NCBI RefSeq assembly: GCF_009834535.1
Contig: NC_045697.1
Coordinates: forward strand, 108,564,001 to 108,628,000
DNA: 64,000 bases
Direction: 5' to 3'
From: Camelus ferus
Taxonomy: Eukaryota
Positions 52,670 to 64,000 of the stretch are shown in pieces. Each line of letters opens with the position of its first letter. The stretch's first letter is position 1. A program made the translations under genes and the position numbers. Under the pieces are notes generated by a model. The model was not told the DNA's origin. It did no database searches and was given only the letters and a program-made list of their open reading frames with translations.

Positions 52670-52829
52670 ACACATTTATTTATAAGGAACAGCAGGAAAT
52701 GCTTATTTAAAAGCTACTTTCACAGCACAAGTTAACATACTAGTAGTGTCTAACATTTTAAATTTGATATTCCACAACTGTTTTTTAAATTTGTGTTTTT
52801 AAATACCATAAGCATTAAAATTCAGAGCA

Positions 52830-54400
52830 ATAAGCTGATTCAAGCAAGAATCATCAATAGTTGATAAAACCATTGGATGAAAACTTGGCAGGAAATATAT
52901 TCACATGGCCTCAAAGTACCAGCCTCAGATTACTTATAAACAAGGGAGAAGTAGCTTTACAATAAAAAAATCTGGCCAACACCTCCTTGAGATAATGACC
53001 AAACTCATCATGAACAATAATGAACCAAACTAGTATGTGTGGTACACTGAAAAGCATATACTATCACCTATGCTGTAGTAGTGCCAAAAATGTTTTAACC
53101 CGAATCCAATCATAAGGAAAGAGTCAGAAAATTTTGAGAATGTGCAATTTTCTACAAGGCAACTAGTTGGACTCTCTAAAAAGTCAGTGTCATAAAATAC
53201 AAAATGAAGGCAAGAGAGTGTTTCAGATTAAGAGAAAAAAAACCACGATAACCAAATACAATGAGTCATCTTGGATTAGATCCTGGATAGGGCAGGCAGC
53301 AGTCTGGGGTGGCGATTATAAAAAATTTAAGGCAGTAATCAGGAAAATTCAAAAATGGGCAGTATTATTATATTTTATCAAATCAAGGCTAGTTTTCATG
53401 GGTGTAATAATGGTATAGTGGTTATACATTTTTAAAAATCATATTTTTACATCACACATGTTTAGTATTTGGCAGTTAAGTGCTAAAATGTAAAAAACTT
53501 CTTTCTTCCACTTTTATTGGGATATAATTTACATCCAGCACTGTATAAATTTAAGGTGTACAGCATGATGATTTAACTTATGTACACAATGAAACGTTTA
53601 CCACAATAAGTTTAGTGAACTTCCATCATCTCCTTAATTATAAATTAAAGAAATAGAAAAAAAATTTTCTTCCTTCTGATGAGAACTCTTAGGATTTACT
53701 TTCTTAACAATTTTCAGATATAATATACAGCAGTATCAAGTATATTTATCATGTTGTATATTATATCCCTAGTACTTACTTATAACTGAAAGTTTGTACC
53801 TTTTGACTACCTTCATCCAGTTACCCTCCCCACACACCCTACCTCTGGTAACCACAAATCTGATCTCTTTTTCCATGTTGGTTTGTTTGTTTGTTTGCTT
53901 TTGAAATATAACCGACCTACAACACTGTTCCTATTAACTTCCTATTAACATAGTAAATCAATATTTTCATACATTTCAAAATGACCACCATGATAAGTCT
54001 AGTTGTCAACTGTCACCATACAAAGATATTACACAGTTACTGACTACATTCCCCACACTGTACCCTTCATACCTATGACTCATTTACTTGGCAATTGGGA
54101 GTTTGTACCTCTTAATCTCCCTCACCTAGTTCTTTCCTTCACCCACCTCCTCCCCTCTGGTAACCTGTTTGTTCAAAACTTACTTTCTAAATGTATATCA
54201 AAAGCAGATTATGTGTGTATATGGAAATGAAGATATGGATATGAATAGAAACAGAGATACACAGAGTGAAAACACTGTGGCAAAATAGTAACAAAATATT
54301 AACAACTGATTGAGTCTAAGTAAAGAGTATACAGGTATTCATTGTACTATTTTCTCAACTATAGACCTGAAAAGTTTTAAACAAAAAGGAGAAAATAAAC
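52830..54400 (+). mobile_element. L1MC-type 3'UTR split by a younger minus-strand L1
   Basis: gtgccaaaaatgttttaacccgaatccaatcataaggaaa...; resumes with gtatacaggtattcattgtactattttctcaact. Confidence 0.72.
53507..54174 (-). mobile_element. L1 3'UTR (L1MA9/laurasiatherian type), nested
   Basis: gatataatttacatccagcactgtataaatttaaggtgtacagc...gatgagaactcttaggatttact; near-TSD aaaactt(a)ctttct at 53494-53506 and 54175-54188. Confidence 0.85.
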
Positions 54401-55789
54401 TTTTTTTAAATCAAAAAGCTTTTAATCTATAGAATCTATATATTATTTGCTTCCACAGAGTAGTTTGGAACCAGTATTACAATTTATCGAAATTTTCCAT
54501 TCCTATATTGAAACAATATAGAAAACACTGTATACAAAATAAAACACCATTTAAAAAAATGTTTAACTGGCAATAAATTTGGAAAATGTTTTTCAAACAG
54601 ATGTAACATCCAAAGGATTAAAATAATAACCAGATTATATTTTTGAAAAAATAATTTTAATAGAAAAAATGGGAATATATAGATAATTCACAGTAGAAAC
54701 AATTATCAAAAGCTTACACAAAGATGTTTAGCCTCAGTGATAATTAAGAAAATGCAAATCAAAACAATGAGAAAATATTTTTGAGTTAAGATTATCAAAA
54801 ACAACATCAAGTATTACTGGAGAGGTAGATACACTCGTCCACTGATGAGATAACACTTGAAGGATAATTTCACAGTATCTATTATATTTGTTTACTGCTT
54901 ATTATACAGCAATTATACTCTTTTTGTTAGCTACCCTAATGTTCAAGGAGACATAAGAAGGTTGCTTGTTACAGGCTTGCCTATGATATCAAGAATCTCA
55001 AAATTATGTTAATCTAGAGAATGGTTAAACATTAAACTATAGTATAACCTTAACATGGAATACTAAGTAAAAGTTAGATTAGGTCAGATCAGGGTCCTAA
55101 TACCTAAGTATTAATGTAGCAATGGCACCAAATTTTCTAACCAAAATTCATTCTTACCTTTCACAATAACAGCAGTGTAACAGGGCACATGGCTCCCTTA
55201 CAATTACACCTCAGTTCTCATCAAAGGAAAATGATTTTTAGAAACAATGACTACCCTTCTGCATTGGGTATTTTAAGAGAGCAAGTATGCAGGTTATTTC
55301 TCCTTCCCAATATAGTTGGAACATGAGAACTAAGCTCAACAGAATAATGGACCTAACAGATGAAAGGAGACTGCGTCCTCAAATGAGCACTTGAAAAAGT
55401 TTCACTGCCAGTCTGAAAATGTGAAAAATTCGCCAATGGTAACCCTATTATAACTAGAATCAAAATCTAAATTGCTTAAATTTTTATCCAGGCCATATAT
55501 AATTGCTTTAAGTATATAATTGCTCTCCTTTTCAACCTCATCTCCAACCCCTGGGCTCCAACCTCATTGCCTCCTTTTAATAAGCATAGCAGACTTATTT
55601 CCAACAAGGCATTTAAACCCACAGTGCTCCTACTTGAATTGCTCTTTCCGACAAACCCTCAGAAGTTCTCTCCATGACTTTAATCACATCTTTGTTCAAG
55701 TGCCACCTCTTCAGAAAGACAGTCTCTCTAAACCATCCTCCACCAATCAAGTCAGACACCACTTGCATCTGTGCTCTGTCCCCTTAACA

Positions 55790-57250
55790 GGGGCACACTT
55801 AAGTTTTGAGGGGCCTGAAGTTTCTAAAAACTGAAGGATTTAAAAGAAAGAATACAAAATTACAAATGAAAGTTGATACATATTTGAATTAAGGAAAAGA
55901 TAAAATACTAATTTTAAAAGATTGACAAATGCCATATATAAATCCATTTTATGGATAACATTTATCAAATAAAATTTGTGTTAATTAAATATCTGACACA
56001 ATTCTGTTATTCCATAGCTCCTATATATTTTTGTTGGGTGCGTTCTTTGTTCAACTTTCAAGTGACAAGCTTTTATAATGTTTCTTATACAGAAATTAGG
56101 TGGATAATTTAGTCCTTCCTCTAGCATAGCTGATCAAAATTTATTTCTTATTATTCAAAGTTTAGAAACTTTTCATTTCACAATCTGTTATGGTAATGTC
56201 ATGTAAATTTTTGAGAGTGTTGACAAATATGAGGATTCTCTGTCAAGCCTCTTTCATGTATAAACTTGAGATTTCAATTCAAGTTTTTCTTGCACAATAA
56301 CTAATCTTATACACCCTAAATTTATGACATTCGTTAACCAATCATCAATGTCATTCTTTGTGTGTTGTAAGTTTTATGCTGTGTTCACTGATAAGAGAAT
56401 TTGGTTTCAAATAAGTAAGTCATTTAAATATTTTTCCACTATTTTCATGATTCAATATTTTTCATAAATGGGATTATCAAAAAACCAAGAGCTTATTCAT
56501 TACTTCTGTTTATAATTTATTTTTTCTTCCTTAATGAATTACTGCTTTTGCATGATCAGAACATTTTTATGTCACAATTCACTTTGCAATGTCAGAATAA
56601 TTTCTAATTACTCATAGCACATCTGTAATCATTTCTGTTTCATACTCCATTAATTTTAATCTGATTTTTTCTTAATTTTTAAATGTAACTATGACAAAAG
56701 AAAACACCTTTAACATACTTCCAAATTCTAAGTCTATCATTTCATATTTCTTTCACTAAAGTGTACCGATAAGCAGATGAAATCACATATTTTAATTTTT
56801 TATAAAATATACTATTTCCACTAAAATAGAAAAAAACATTTGGTGCATGTACAATTATATACATTACATTATCAATTTTTTTTATATAGGAGTACCAATA
56901 TTTTGAATGAGTAGGATGAAAACCCAATCTTACAGTATTAGATACGTATCTGAAAATGTTTCCACAGACTTGATTCTGATTCTGTACATTTCAAAGTAGT
57001 TTATCCTTTGCTACCAATAGCAGTGCACTCACACTTCTAGAAATGGCCATCAGAGGATACATTCATACTGTACATGGCCTCTAGCCTTATACATTCCTGT
57101 CATGATGTCTAGAGCCACTGGACATTACTGGAACACATTCCTACAATGGGACAGCTAGCAATAATTTAACTATACGTGGTCATGAATGATCTCCATGTAA
57201 GTATATACCACTACACCCAAATTAAATGAAATATATCCCCAACTCAGATT
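55790..57250 (-). mobile_element. hAT-Tip100 (Zaphod-like) transposon fossil
   Basis: Minus strand ~56215-56104 reads KIYMTLP..FSKL*IIRNKF*SAMLEEGLNY (hAT C-terminal dimerisation motif); terminal region ggggcctgaag...aagaatacaaaattacaaat. Confidence 0.72.
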
Positions 57251-57999
57251 ATTTTAGCCAAAACCAAACAAATTACCTGCTAATTATACCTACAAAAACC
57301 TTCAAATTTATGTTAAAACATCTTTTCAGATATCTGCAGGGCAATAATTACATAACTGAGTACAAGAAAGAAGTGGTAAATTAAAAGAATTACCCACTAT
57401 TAACAGAGTTTTGTCCTAGGAATTCAAATCTTATGTAGCATTAGGGGAAGAAAGAAAAATTACAAATTTCAAGAAGCTTAACAGAACATAAGGAATGGAT
57501 TTGTAAGAAAGTACAGAGAATATAATCAAAGTGTTACTAAATCCACGGTGAGAAAGATAAGTGAGAGAAGCAGGATTAGAACCTGCCTGACTTTAAAATT
57601 AAAGTTCCAGTCACACTAGTAGGCTCAAAACCTGATTGGTGACTTAGGAAAGAAATTTGTTCTTGTTATATACAAGGTTGTGCTGGGGTAGCAGTAAATG
57701 TATAGGGGGGAATGACATCCACCAGATCTTAAATCAAACAAAATCAAGTTTTCCCTGGCAAGAATATAAAACAGGACTACACACACACAAACAGCTATTA
57801 TAAGAACTCCAAAGTACAAAACTACAGTGAATTACAATCATCTTTAGTACCCAAAAAATATTAAAACAAAGAAGAAAAAAGTTCAAAACCTAAATGACAT
57901 ATGGATGAACAGAAGACAATTTTTATATATATATATATACATTTTTAATCACTATATACACAAATGGAACTCTCTTCATTAGCATAACTAACCCAAAGA

Positions 58000-59710
58000 A
58001 ACCAAATGAATAAAACTACTATTTGAAAACAGAGAAGAAACCCAGTCTAATAATCAGATTACATAAGAGAAAAATGGATTAACCATGTAAGCATCAGTTA
58101 CTAAAATAACTGACCTACCCATAAAAAATAAACCCAGGAAGAATAAAAAAATCCTAAGTCCAAAACCTTCCTTCAAAAAAACCTCTTGACCCAGATGATT
58201 TCACTGGTGAATTCTATCACATAGTTAAGGAAAACATATGTCAGACCTATACAAACTATGTGTCTGGTATACAAACATATGTCGGTATTACACAAAATAG
58301 AGGAAAAGAAGACCGTTTCTAGTTTTGACAAAACTTTTTAGCGAATCAAATCCAGTGATATATAAAAATAATAATACATCCTAACAAAGTTTATCTAGGA
58401 ATGCAGGGTTGAGTTAACATGAAAAATAATTAATGTAATTCAACCACATTAATAGTTTAACAGAAAACCTACGCGATCGTGGCAACAGATGCAAAAGTCA
58501 GTGACAAAATCAAATACCATTAATGATTAAAAATAGACAAACAAAATCATTCAGCGAAGAACTTTTTTCAACCAGATAAAGAGTATCTGTGAATGTCCTA
58601 TGGCTAAAAACATATTTAATAATGAAATACCAAATATGTTCTCCCTAGGTTTGGGAATATGGCAAGAATGTCTGCTCTCATTACTTATATTCAATATTAT
58701 ACTATAGAAATCCAACATAAAAAGGTAAAAGAAAGCGAAGAGATCAAAACGGAAGTATAACTGTCTCTGTTCACATGACTGTTTATAAGAAAATCCTAAG
58801 AAATCTGCCCCCAAAAGTTACTACAGACAGGAAATAACAAATACTGATGTTCAATCTCCAGTGCCTCTATTAAGGGGTTAAAAAAGGGTGGGTGGTTGTA
58901 GGGGAAACAAACAAGTATTGATGAAGATGGGGAGAAACTATAACCTTGGCCCTTGTAAATTGCTGTAATGTAAAACGGTGAAGCCACTATGAAAAACAGT
59001 TTGGCAGCTTCTCAAAAAGCTAAACAGAATTACCATGTCACCAAGCAATTCCACTCCTAGGTATACACCTGAGAACTGAAAAGAAGACTCAGACATTTGT
59101 ACGCCCATATTCACTGCAGCATTATTCACAATAACCAAAAGGTGGAAACAACCCAAGTGTCCACCAACAGACAAACAGATAAACAAACTGTGGAATATTG
59201 CCACGGAATATTATTCAGCCATAAAAAGGAATGAAATCCTGATGCATGCTCCAACTTAGATGTACTTTGAAAACATACCCAGTGAAATAAGCCAGACACA
59301 AAAGGGCAAGTACTACATGATTGCACTTATATAAAATATCTAGAAAAGGCAAATTCATACAGACAGAAAGTAGATCAGATATTACAAGAGCCAGGGAGAG
59401 AGGGAAATGAGAAATTATTGCTTAATCAGTACAGAGTTGTTTTTTTATTACCTTAAAAAAAAAACTCTCACACATTACTCAGAGAAATTTAAAAAACAAC
59501 CTAAAGATATACCATGTTCATAAATTAGAAGACTAAATATTGTTTAGTATGTCAATTTATCTTATTATGACATGCTATATAAAATACAGTGTAATATGTT
59601 AATTCTTAAAATCTTGATGAAATACTTCACTGAAGAAGATATCCAAGTGGTCAAAAACTCATGAAAAGATGCTCAACATTGACATCAGAGAAACACAAAT
59701 TATGCCTGGG
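58000..59710 (+). mobile_element. Cluster of old L1 ORF2 and 3' fragments
   Basis: gacccagatgatttcactggtgaattcta, ggaatgcagggttg, gcagcattattcacaataaccaaaaggtggaaacaacccaagtgtcca. Confidence 0.88.
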
Positions 59711-59817
59711 ATATCACCAACTTTGTGCTGTTGTTTTCATATATACATTATAAACCTAACAATACAGTATTATAATTTTTGCTTTAATCATCAGTAATTC
59801 TTTAATTAATAAAAATA

Positions 59818-59935
59818 TACAGTGGACACTTGAACAACATGGATTTGAACCGCATGGATCCACTTACGGATTTTTCTCTCTAAATATGTACTACACAATC
59901 CACGGTTGGTTGAATCCTCACATGAGGAACCTGAG
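59818..59935 (+). mobile_element. Tigger2/MER8-like left end
   Basis: tacagtggacacttgaacaacatggatttgaaccgcatggatccactta. Confidence 0.75.
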
Positions 59936-60499
59936 CCTCTTCAATGGTCCACTTGCTTCTAGGTTTTCCCTCAATAAATGTACAGCTGCGTGGCTCGCCT
60001 AACTTTTGTCTGGTGCCACTGGAACTACAGGAGGCAGGAATGCACCCAAAGGCAAGAGAGCCACAAACATACAATTCTTACACATTGTAGTTGCAAGCTT
60101 TAAAGGATAACTTCTCATCTGGCTTCTGCCTCCTTTTGGTCATTTTCTGCTGCTTTTAAATAGAGTTTTCCTTTCAATATTTTATCCAGGTTTTATTACT
60201 GTTAGCTGAGGGATGGTTTACGCAACTGCTTTAGTGGCATCACTGCATCATTACTGGATGTCAAAATTCTATGAATGGTCAGTAACAAACTTCTCACATC
60301 CTTGATTTTCATTCCTTCCACCAAATTAAGGACTTCATCTCATTATGCAAGATTTTAAAGTACTCCCACCTTTCAGTTTTCTCTACCTTAACTCACATAG
60401 TACACTGAGAATAACTTCTTGTCCATCATAGTGCTTTTATCATTAGAAAGAATGTTTTCTGTGAAAACCAGAAAACATGTGGTAAGAAACCTAATTTTA

Positions 60500-60640
60500 A
60501 TTTTCAACTCCACCACTACCTGTGAAGCCATAAGCAAATCATAATCTCTGTGATCCTTATTTTTACCATCTGCAAATGGGAGTATCACCTGCCTCACTAC
60601 TTAAGTGTAGGATCAAAATATGGTAACTGATATTAACAAG
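60500..60640 (+). mobile_element. MIR SINE
   Basis: ctccaccactacctgtga...gcaaatcataatctctgtg...ccatctgcaaatgggagta. Confidence 0.65.
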
Positions 60641-63600
60641 TGTAGACAAGAGTTGGTCAAAGATGCTATAGGGCTGTGATATGAGAATAGATGAAGGGTT
60701 AAAATCATTACCTGAAAAAAGAACAAAAGAAACAGACTGGGAGATGCAGGTGAGTTCATTCACTGATTCAGCAAGTATTTACTGAGTTCCATGCATCTAT
60801 CAAGCATTGTGCAAGACAAATTTTTCAGCTTGAGAGATAATTTTGGTGTGCTTAAGACATAATGACTGAGGTAAAATAGGTAATGAAGGAAAATGTGGCA
60901 TTTGTGAATCATCACAAATTTGTGGTAATTTACATAATGAAGCAGAGACCACCTCCTAGAAATGATACATAATGAGGAGGAGCAAAGCTTCAACCCCGTT
61001 AATACATAAGGGGTATATAAAGGAAAAAAAGCAAGAACAAAGAGAACATTTAGTTGGAGAAGTAGTAGAAAAACCACTGAAGTAGACTACCACAGAAAAC
61101 ATGGGAGAAGTGAATGTTAAAGAGAAGCAAAACACCAAATGCTGAAAAAGGTAGGATAGGAGGAGAAAAGAAAAGACACAGATTAGCAACTGGAACTCAG
61201 TCTTATCTTAGAGATGATACAGAGCATTCATTCTATCATCAGCCTAACCAATGTCTTATCTACCTGGGTAGGTGAGAAAAAGTGGTTTACTTTCATTTGA
61301 GGAAGCAGAACACCAGTATTAACTGCAGAAGGTAGCTGAATAAGAGTTGAGAAACTGGACACCTAGAGTCAACTATAAAGCAAACAAGCTCGCTGGTTAA
61401 TAGGAGGACAGGGAAAGAGCAGAAGGTATCTTTCCAGATGAAGTGTGATAAGACAGAGAACCCAGCATGGAGCATAAAAGGGAGAATAAATGAAAACAAC
61501 AAGGTTCCAGAGAAGGAAAGGGGGATTGAGATTAAGGATACAGATGTTAGCTTTCAAAAGAAATAAAAATACTATATTCTTTGAGTAAAGTTAGACTGAA
61601 GAAAGAAAGAGTTTAAATATGAAATGAAAAAAGAATAAGAGAAATAGGGACAGGACTGGTCATGGAGGAGAGTGGAAAGGTTCCAAATAATTAGTAATGT
61701 GGAATGAAATAGAAGATCAAAACGAGATAAAGATGACCAAGAAACACTGAAGCTAAACTAGGAGGGGAAATGTGAATTCATACTAGGAACCTCTTGAGAC
61801 AGAAAATTGATATAACTCTAGCAACGCTAGGCAGTCCACAAGCAGGGAATAAAACAGAAGAAATACACAGTTGTAGTTCTTTAGATGAATAGACTGGGAA
61901 ATCTTTGAAGAAAGATCAGGAGAATGGAAATCTTGGATAATAAGAATAAAACTGAGATGGCTACCAGAATGAATGTGAGTTAATCTGAATTAAGTTTTTC
62001 ACTTAAAAAGGGAGTTCTGAAGGAAAAAGCCTTTAGGAAAACTTCTCTGCATGAGGTGGTTACTGCAGTAACTGTACTGGGAGAAACAAGAATCAATACT
62101 ACTGTGCAGTAGCTTTCAGACACTTGTACAAAAAATAGCGTGATATTCAGAATAATTCAAGTCCAGCTGAGCTTTCCCAAGTAAGATTAGAAAGTAATGT
62201 GAAAGACTCTTCAATGAAGAACAGTTTCACTGTTCTATCCCTACCACCCCGACCAATATCTCCAAGGTGCAAGACGGATCAGCGGAGTGGCAAACTCTAG
62301 TCCATGTGCTGAGAAGCTGCCACCTAGAGAATAAGCCGGCCGCTACTGTCTTTAAGGACAAACTACTTTAACTAAAGGGTAATCCTTCTTTACCCTTGTA
62401 AGAAAAAGAGGTCTCTCCTAATCTTAAACTCCCATTTCAAATATAAATACTCAAAGAGAACTAATATATATTCAATGATTGTGTTAGGAGGCACACAGAA
62501 CAAGAGAAGGGAAAGGAGACAGAAGAGTGCACAAAAGCCATTTTGCCTTAATTCAGCCATAAACAGGTCATCAAAATCCTCTTAATTACCACATTTGACA
62601 TACAACCATAGGAGGAGGTAACTCAGCTAAATCTTTTCCTTAATTTTTTTTATCACAATTGAAAATTGAACACCACCATGAATGAGATGTCAGTTTTTAT
62701 CTTCTTTTCCATTGCAAAATGTCCATGGATAATATAAGACAAACTATAAAAACATCAATGTGAAGAACAATTTCACTCATCCAATGGGCACTTAAGTGAC
62801 TGTTAACCAATGGACACTGGATTTAAAATCAGTGAGAAAAATATCAATGATCTTAACTCTATAAAATTTCATTAAAATAGATTTTTGGTTACTTGAAATT
62901 TATACAGAATACTGTTAGATAACATGAAAGATAAAAAAATAAACTTCTCCAATAAAAATGTATTTATTACACTGTATTACAACCCCTTACCCTTACACAG
63001 AAAGCCGATGCTACTAAAAGTAGTAACATCCCACTGTTACATGCCATTTCTCTAAAAAACTAAATTAGGCATTATAGGCCAATACATTCTGAAACATGCC
63101 TTCAATTGATAAAAAGCCACATAATGTAAAAAATAAGAATCTAAAATGGTCCCATAAAAACTAAAAAGACACATACCTAATAAAGTAAAAGAAAAATAGA
63201 CATATTCCATATGCAGGTTTACAAAAACATCAACAGGTCACTGCCTACAAATAACCTGTACAAGATTAAAATCAATAAGGTTAATCAAATCTATTTTCTC
63301 TTCATAAGAAAAATAAAAAAGAACTCTGATAATATTCTTAGCCTAAAATGCAATGGCTTATTAAGGTATGAAGTCAAATATGCAATGAATGCCATGATAA
63401 CTAAAGTATTAAGTTCTTCTCCAGTCCAAAAAATTAAGCATGAATTTGTAAGACTAATGTCAATAAACATATCACACACATCTGATGTTTTCATGGCAAC
63501 ACATGGGATCAAAACATAATGTTTTGCTTAAAACAATTAGCTGAGGAATTGAAGCACAAATACAAGGATAATTGCTTCCTTTGGGGTTTGGCTGTCAAAC

Positions 63601-63689
63601 ACAGGAAATGTCAATGCTTTACAGTCCTGTGGTCATTAAAACCTTGTCACAAACCTAGACTATCAGTGAATGTGTATTTTAAAATAAAT

Positions 63690-64000
63690 CTGCAATGACA
63701 CCAAAAGTACAAGCAACAAAAAAGAGATAAATCAGACTTCATCAAAATTTAAAACTTTTGTGCCTCAAAGGACACCAGAAAATGAAAAGACAATGCACAG
63801 AATGGGAGAAAGTATTTGCAAATTGTATTATCTCATAAAGGGCTAGTTTCCAGAACACATAAAGAATGCTTACAATTTAACAATAAAAAGACAACCTAAT
63901 TTAAAAATGGGCAAAAGATCCGAACAGACATTTCTCCAAAAAACATATGTAAATGGTCAATAAGCATATGAAATAATGCTCATCATTAGTCACTGTGGAA
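63690..64000 (+). mobile_element. L1 ORF2 3' fragment running off the window end
   Basis: gacttcatcaaaatttaaaacttttgtgcctcaaaggacacc...gaatgggagaaagtatttgcaaat...aaaatgggcaaaagatccgaacagacatttctcc. Confidence 0.92.

Noticed and set aside
1..64000. CRISPR arrays, operons or other prokaryotic systems; remaining 60-130 aa ORFs
   Set aside because: The sequence is mammalian intron with no repeat-spacer array; the other short ORFs fall in repeats or have no recognisable homology or splice support.

Overview
Mammalian, AT-rich, repeat-dense intronic DNA. A camelid origin is suggested by a tRNA-derived SINE head and the young L1 3' ends; I saw no Alu, B1, Bov-tA or PRE1. The whole window appears to lie inside FBXW7 on the minus strand. 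The one confident coding exon is the FBXW7-alpha-specific exon at 12389..11820 (570 nt: 69 nt leader plus 501 nt/167 codons, MNQELLSVGSKRRR...FYTKTTK, cag/GTGAGT). A 50-nt non-coding exon at 13113..13064 is an exonised antisense L1 ORF2 fragment. Back-splicing these two exons gives a 620-nt circle encoding exactly 185 aa (ending DYFLRIDCQKWSYWVRGM*), the sizes described for human circ-FBXW7/FBXW7-185aa. The 570-nt exon is also stop-free over all 190 codons, so a single-exon circle would be an endless ORF. A candidate 51-nt exon at 31744..31694 has an ATG that would give a 35-aa N-terminal extension if the 50-nt exon is skipped, or a 30-aa uORF if it is included. The remainder is L1, L2, MIR, CR1, LTR and DNA-transposon fossils (two decayed hAT transposases, MER2, MADE2), microsatellites and a few unique blocks. 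Repeat family names are from recognition without a database search, and repeat boundaries are approximate.
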